Shown in pieces: positions 60,527 to 64,000 of a DNA stretch of 64,000 bases; position 1 is the first letter of the stretch, and each line of letters begins with the position of its first letter. This DNA comes from an uncultured Spirochaetota bacterium (GTDB lineage: Bacteria; Spirochaetota; Brevinematia; Brevinematales; JAOACQ01), in NCBI GenBank assembly GCA_963835575.1, contig CAWIGG010000003.1:1-64000 (forward strand), written 5' to 3'. A program made the position numbers and the translations under genes. The notes under the pieces are model-generated. The model ran no database searches, was not told the DNA's origin, and saw nothing but the letters and a program-made list of their open reading frames with translations.

Positions 60527-60863
60527 TGAAACTACTCTGGCCAAGCTTGAGTTTACTTTACAGATGATAGAAGATATTGAAAAAATTACGGAAAGGCATA
60601 AAGGTATTGACGACGCTCTTGATGATGTGGAGGGATACCATGCACTTTTAATGTGCCTGATGCAAATTGGCGAAAGTCTGGTTAAAATAAAGGAAGAAAA
60701 AGCCGCTTCAGCCCTTCCTGTTGGTTTAGCTTATAAAATGCGTAACATTATTGCTCATAGCTATGAAGGCGTTGATATCGACATGGTAAAGCTGACCTTA
60801 AAAACAGATGTCCCAAAATTAAAAAAAGACATAAATAAATTATTGGGAAAACCTACCCTATAA
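60519..60863 (+). CDS. HEPN (DUF86/HepT-like) RNase toxin
   Basis: QIGE and RNIIAHSY (Rx4HxY). Confidence 0.9.
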   Translation: MFNETTLAKLEFTLQMIEDIEKITERHKGIDDALDDVEGYHALLMCLMQIGESLVKIKEEKAASALPVGLAYKMRNIIAHSYEGVDIDMVKLTLKTDVPKLKKDINKLLGKPTL

Positions 60864-60989
60864 AGTCCCTGGATACAAAAAGGCTGTTCCCCGTTCCTTC
60901 GTTCCCCGTTCCCGAGGCCATTTTCCTCTTGGCCATAATCAGCACATAAAATATCTCGAAATAATGATGTGTCATCCGTTAATATAATA

Positions 60990-62566
60990 CCTAAATTCCC
61001 AGAGTTCCGCGATTTCCGCTTGAAATCAGCCTTGCGCGGCACTGCTTGGCATCGGTTTATCATCCCAGTCTCGCGGCTGTTGCAATTACAAGCCTTGGCG
61101 ATGCCTGAATACTCGTAAATCCACAAATTCCGCTGCTCCGGGCGCAACACACCCTTGTGGCGGCCTTCACATCATCCGGTTGGGAACTCGCTATATCTGC
61201 AGCTCACATAAGTGGCAGTAAAATTTCCGCCACCGGTCCTTATCCGCAAAATAACGGCTCAACACCAGTTTTTACCTGATGGCCCTGTCTCACGATTTTC
61301 CCCGCAACCCGAATAAACCACGCCCGGAATGTTTCCGGTTCTTCCCGGTGACTTTTCCGGTCAACCAGATACCGCATCCAGATTCCAACGTTATACGCCA
61401 GCACGCTGCAGCTCCACAGAAAATCATTCACCCAGAAATCTTGCGTCAGAAGCATCCCGGCGAACATCTGCTGCTTCACGGCTTCGATCCAGTTTTCACA
61501 CGTACCCCGGTCACCGTAAAATTTATGGCCCTGCCAAGGTTTCAAACGCATATTCGTACAATAGCAAAAATAGTCATAAACCGCTTTCGGGAATACCAGC
61601 CCTTCCGTTTCTATCCGGATCAGCTTTCTGACAGCTATGAACCGCCTCGCATGTTTCCATCCATGCGCCCGGTACTCAAATTCCGCCTGTTCCCAGCCGC
61701 TTCGATCCGGAACCGCTGTCCAACCCCTGTTTTCCAGAAACGCCGCGAGGTTTTTCATTTTGGCTTTGACCAGAAAAAAAGCCCCTTTCATTTCTTCGAT
61801 GACATCGAAAATCCTTCCGTCGAAAAATCCGCTGTCCATCCGGAACACAAGTTTTTTCCAGCCGGTATGGAGTATTCCGTAAATGTGCCGGATAAATTCA
61901 GGCGCGTTATTCGCTGTGTAAGCGTCGCCCGGCCTGAAATAGGAGAGAATACATTCCCTTGTGCTGTTCAGGAATGCCAGAAGCGGATGATAGCTCTTCG
62001 CTCCCTTTTTATGCGGATTGTAGCCTACCGCCGCTCCTTCCTGGCTTCCGTAAACCGTCTTGACGGTCGAATCGCAGTCCACGATTTTCGTTTTTACCCG
62101 GAACTTCGCGTGGACTTTGCGGGAAAGCTTTCCGTTCAACTCATTCATCGCGTAAGATTCTTTCATACCAACGTTTTCAATCCGCTTGATGATCGTAGAA
62201 TCACTGATCGGCCCTTTCAAGCCCAGAGCTGCCCGGAACAATGGATCTTCAGTAAAATTCTCGACCTTCTTGATCCGGTTATACCCTGCCATCAGCGCGC
62301 ACACGATTCCCGTAATAATTTGCTCGAACGAGAATTTCTGGTTACAATATTCCCGCACTGGAATAAATTTTTTGAGCAACTGATTGAACCCAATCTTTTT
62401 CAAAAATACCAGCACGGGATAAATCCCGCTCACGCTGCTCAAATCCTGCGCCGTAAAACCAACTTTGATGTTTTTTACCATTTGGGTGCTCCTTCTGTTG
62501 TTTTGTAAAGCAATATATTATAACAGATTGGGGCCCCATTTGGTATTTTTACTTTGGGAATTTAGG
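60990..62566 (-). mobile_element. IS1380-family element
   Basis: IRs CCTAAATTCCCAGAGT/ACTTTGGGAATTTAGG (15/16 match); target duplication unclear (TAATA/TGATA). Confidence 0.88.
61240..62481 (-). CDS. IS1380-family transposase (C-terminus probably frameshifted in an A-run)
   Basis: DCDST, YGSQEGAAVGYN, SYHPL, RMDSGF, YGDRGTCENWI. Confidence 0.92.
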   Translation of the reverse strand: MVKNIKVGFTAQDLSSVSGIYPVLVFLKKIGFNQLLKKFIPVREYCNQKFSFEQIITGIVCALMAGYNRIKKVENFTEDPLFRAALGLKGPISDSTIIKRIENVGMKESYAMNELNGKLSRKVHAKFRVKTKIVDCDSTVKTVYGSQEGAAVGYNPHKKGAKSYHPLLAFLNSTRECILSYFRPGDAYTANNAPEFIRHIYGILHTGWKKLVFRMDSGFFDGRIFDVIEEMKGAFFLVKAKMKNLAAFLENRGWTAVPDRSGWEQAEFEYRAHGWKHARRFIAVRKLIRIETEGLVFPKAVYDYFCYCTNMRLKPWQGHKFYGDRGTCENWIEAVKQQMFAGMLLTQDFWVNDFLWSCSVLAYNVGIWMRYLVDRKSHREEPETFRAWFIRVAGKIVRQGHQVKTGVEPLFCG

Positions 62567-63013
62567 TGATAATAGAAGAGAGGTACAAGTTTTTGACAGG
62601 ATGTCAAAACCGACGCATAAAGCTATGGACAGCGTAATAAGGAGGCTATTAAAATACTGAATCGTTATTTAATAGCCGGATGACACTCCTCTATACCATC
62701 CGATTGCTCCGTATGAAAATGGCCTCGACCTGTTTTCTTTCTTTAGCGCGATATTTCTTTCTTTTCGAAAAGAAAGAAATATCGCAAATCCCCCGACAGC
62801 CTGTCGGGACAAAATCCCAATTAAATTTAATAAAAAAGAAAAGACTTTGATCCCCGGCATCACTGCCGCCCACCCCCTTCCCCTCCGGCTGGCCGGATAA
62901 TTGATAAAAATAATTCTGTTTTCTATTATCAATTTCCCGGAAAATGATTATATTTATCATAGGCCGTTTGGCAAAACCAAGTTTTTAAAGAACATTCTGT
63001 AGGAGGAAAAAAG

Positions 63014-63205
63014 ATGAAAGAAGTTCAATACACCTGCAAATCCTGCGGTAAAACCGCCATGGCCCCCGAAGGCCAGGCACCGACATGCTGCGGCTTGCCG
63101 ATGGAGCCGATGAACGTCTGCACGACGGCCGATACCGCAGAGCATGCGCGTCCCTTCAATGAAGACGAACCCTGCGACGACGGCCGGGCCGGGAAACGGG
63201 TTTAG
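63014..63205 (+). CDS. Small Cys-rich putative metal-binding protein
   Basis: RBS AGGAGG; CKSCG...PTCCGLPM...C...EH...PCDDGR. Confidence 0.75.
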   Translation: MKEVQYTCKSCGKTAMAPEGQAPTCCGLPMEPMNVCTTADTAEHARPFNEDEPCDDGRAGKRV

Positions 63206-63367
63206 TGATATTAAAGCTTTTCAAAACTTCAAATAATTATAAATTAACCTCGGAGGATGCACTAGACAGAGAAATTATTAATAATAATTATCAGATAATT
63301 TATTATTTAGTTTCTTCGTGCTCTTCGTGAACTTCGTGGTGAAAAAAACCTTATAAGGAGCATTATC

Positions 63368-63886
63368 ATGGAATTTAAAGAATTGATAAAAGCCCGCGAG
63401 TCCGTCCGGAGTTATGACCCGCAAAAAGTCGTCCCGCAGGAAGTACTTCTTCGAATCTTGGAAGCGGGCAGGCTTGCCCCTTCGGCCGCCAACCGCCAGC
63501 CATTGCAATTCATCGTCGTTTCTTCAAAAGAAATGCTGGACAAAGTCCGTCCCTGCTACCAGAGGCCATGGTTCCAGCAGGCCCCGCATATCCTGATAGT
63601 AAAAGGCTTCAGGAATAAGGCCTGGGTCCGTTCCCAGGACGGCTATAACGCTATCGAGACCGACCTGACGATCGCCATGTCGTACATCACGCTCGCGTCC
63701 GCGGACAAAGGCATCGGCTCATACTGGATCGCGGCATACGACCCGGCTGTCATAAAGAGGGCGCTGGAATTAAAAGACGATGAAGTTGTCTTTTCACTGA
63801 CCCCGCTGGGATATCCGGGGAAGGATTATGTAAAATCCGGCGGTAAAGACAGGAAAAAGCTTGAAGAAATAGCGGTTTTTATTTAA
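63368..63886 (+). CDS. Nitroreductase-family protein
   Basis: RESVRSY, LAPSAANRQP, PLGYP. Confidence 0.93.
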   Translation: MEFKELIKARESVRSYDPQKVVPQEVLLRILEAGRLAPSAANRQPLQFIVVSSKEMLDKVRPCYQRPWFQQAPHILIVKGFRNKAWVRSQDGYNAIETDLTIAMSYITLASADKGIGSYWIAAYDPAVIKRALELKDDEVVFSLTPLGYPGKDYVKSGGKDRKKLEEIAVFI

Positions 63887-63900
63887 ATAAATATGGGAAG

Positions 63901-64000
63901 CCGTCATTGCGAGCATCCTGCGCTCTATTCCGGTACTGATTATAGCGCGAAGCAATCTGTCAACTCATTAAGATTTCTTTATTTGCAGACAGATTGCTTC
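63901..64000. repeat. Second copy of the nested palindromic element (cut by window end)
   Basis: CCGTCATTGCGAG...CGAAGCAATCTGTC...GACAGATTGCTTC. Confidence 0.82.

Noticed and set aside
61279..62508. 409-aa + strand ORF
   Set aside because: Antisense shadow of the IS1380 transposase; no recognisable motifs.
1..64000. Integron integrase, prophage, rRNA or tRNA genes
   Set aside because: No tyrosine recombinase or phage genes recognised; the only tRNA-like arm belongs to the tmRNA.

Overview
AT-rich bacterial chromosomal window; the gene content is compatible with a spirochaete, but that assignment is inference. 1-6.9 kb is the distal end of an integron-type cassette array with no intI in the window: four long (~170 bp) related attC-like sites and three cassettes (a methyltransferase and two self-promoted type II toxin-antitoxin pairs). 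Three of the four attC sites carry three different IS1182-family elements, all in the same orientation at or next to the AAC of the R'' box; in two cases the IS end rebuilds an RYYYAAC box. This is the most striking signal. Next come a disrupted LacI-sensor/HK/REC/GGDEF gene, a membrane LuxR gene whose stop codon is supplied by an IS66, and an ~11.7 kb run rich in flavodoxin-fold and redox genes that includes two secreted proteins with flavinylation-like motifs. The rest holds orphan SUKH-type immunity genes, a soluble chemoreceptor, a PadR operon, an RLAN-RimK-GNAT-uvrC-nadC run, tmRNA, ExbD/TonB, an ABC-2 exporter, a fourth IS1182 inside a hairpin, an ECF sigma factor, a GH5, an M18 aminopeptidase, an MNT-HEPN pair, IS1380 and several palindromic repeats. 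Many single-base frameshifts lie in homopolymers and may be assembly errors. All family calls come from motif recognition by eye; no searches were run.
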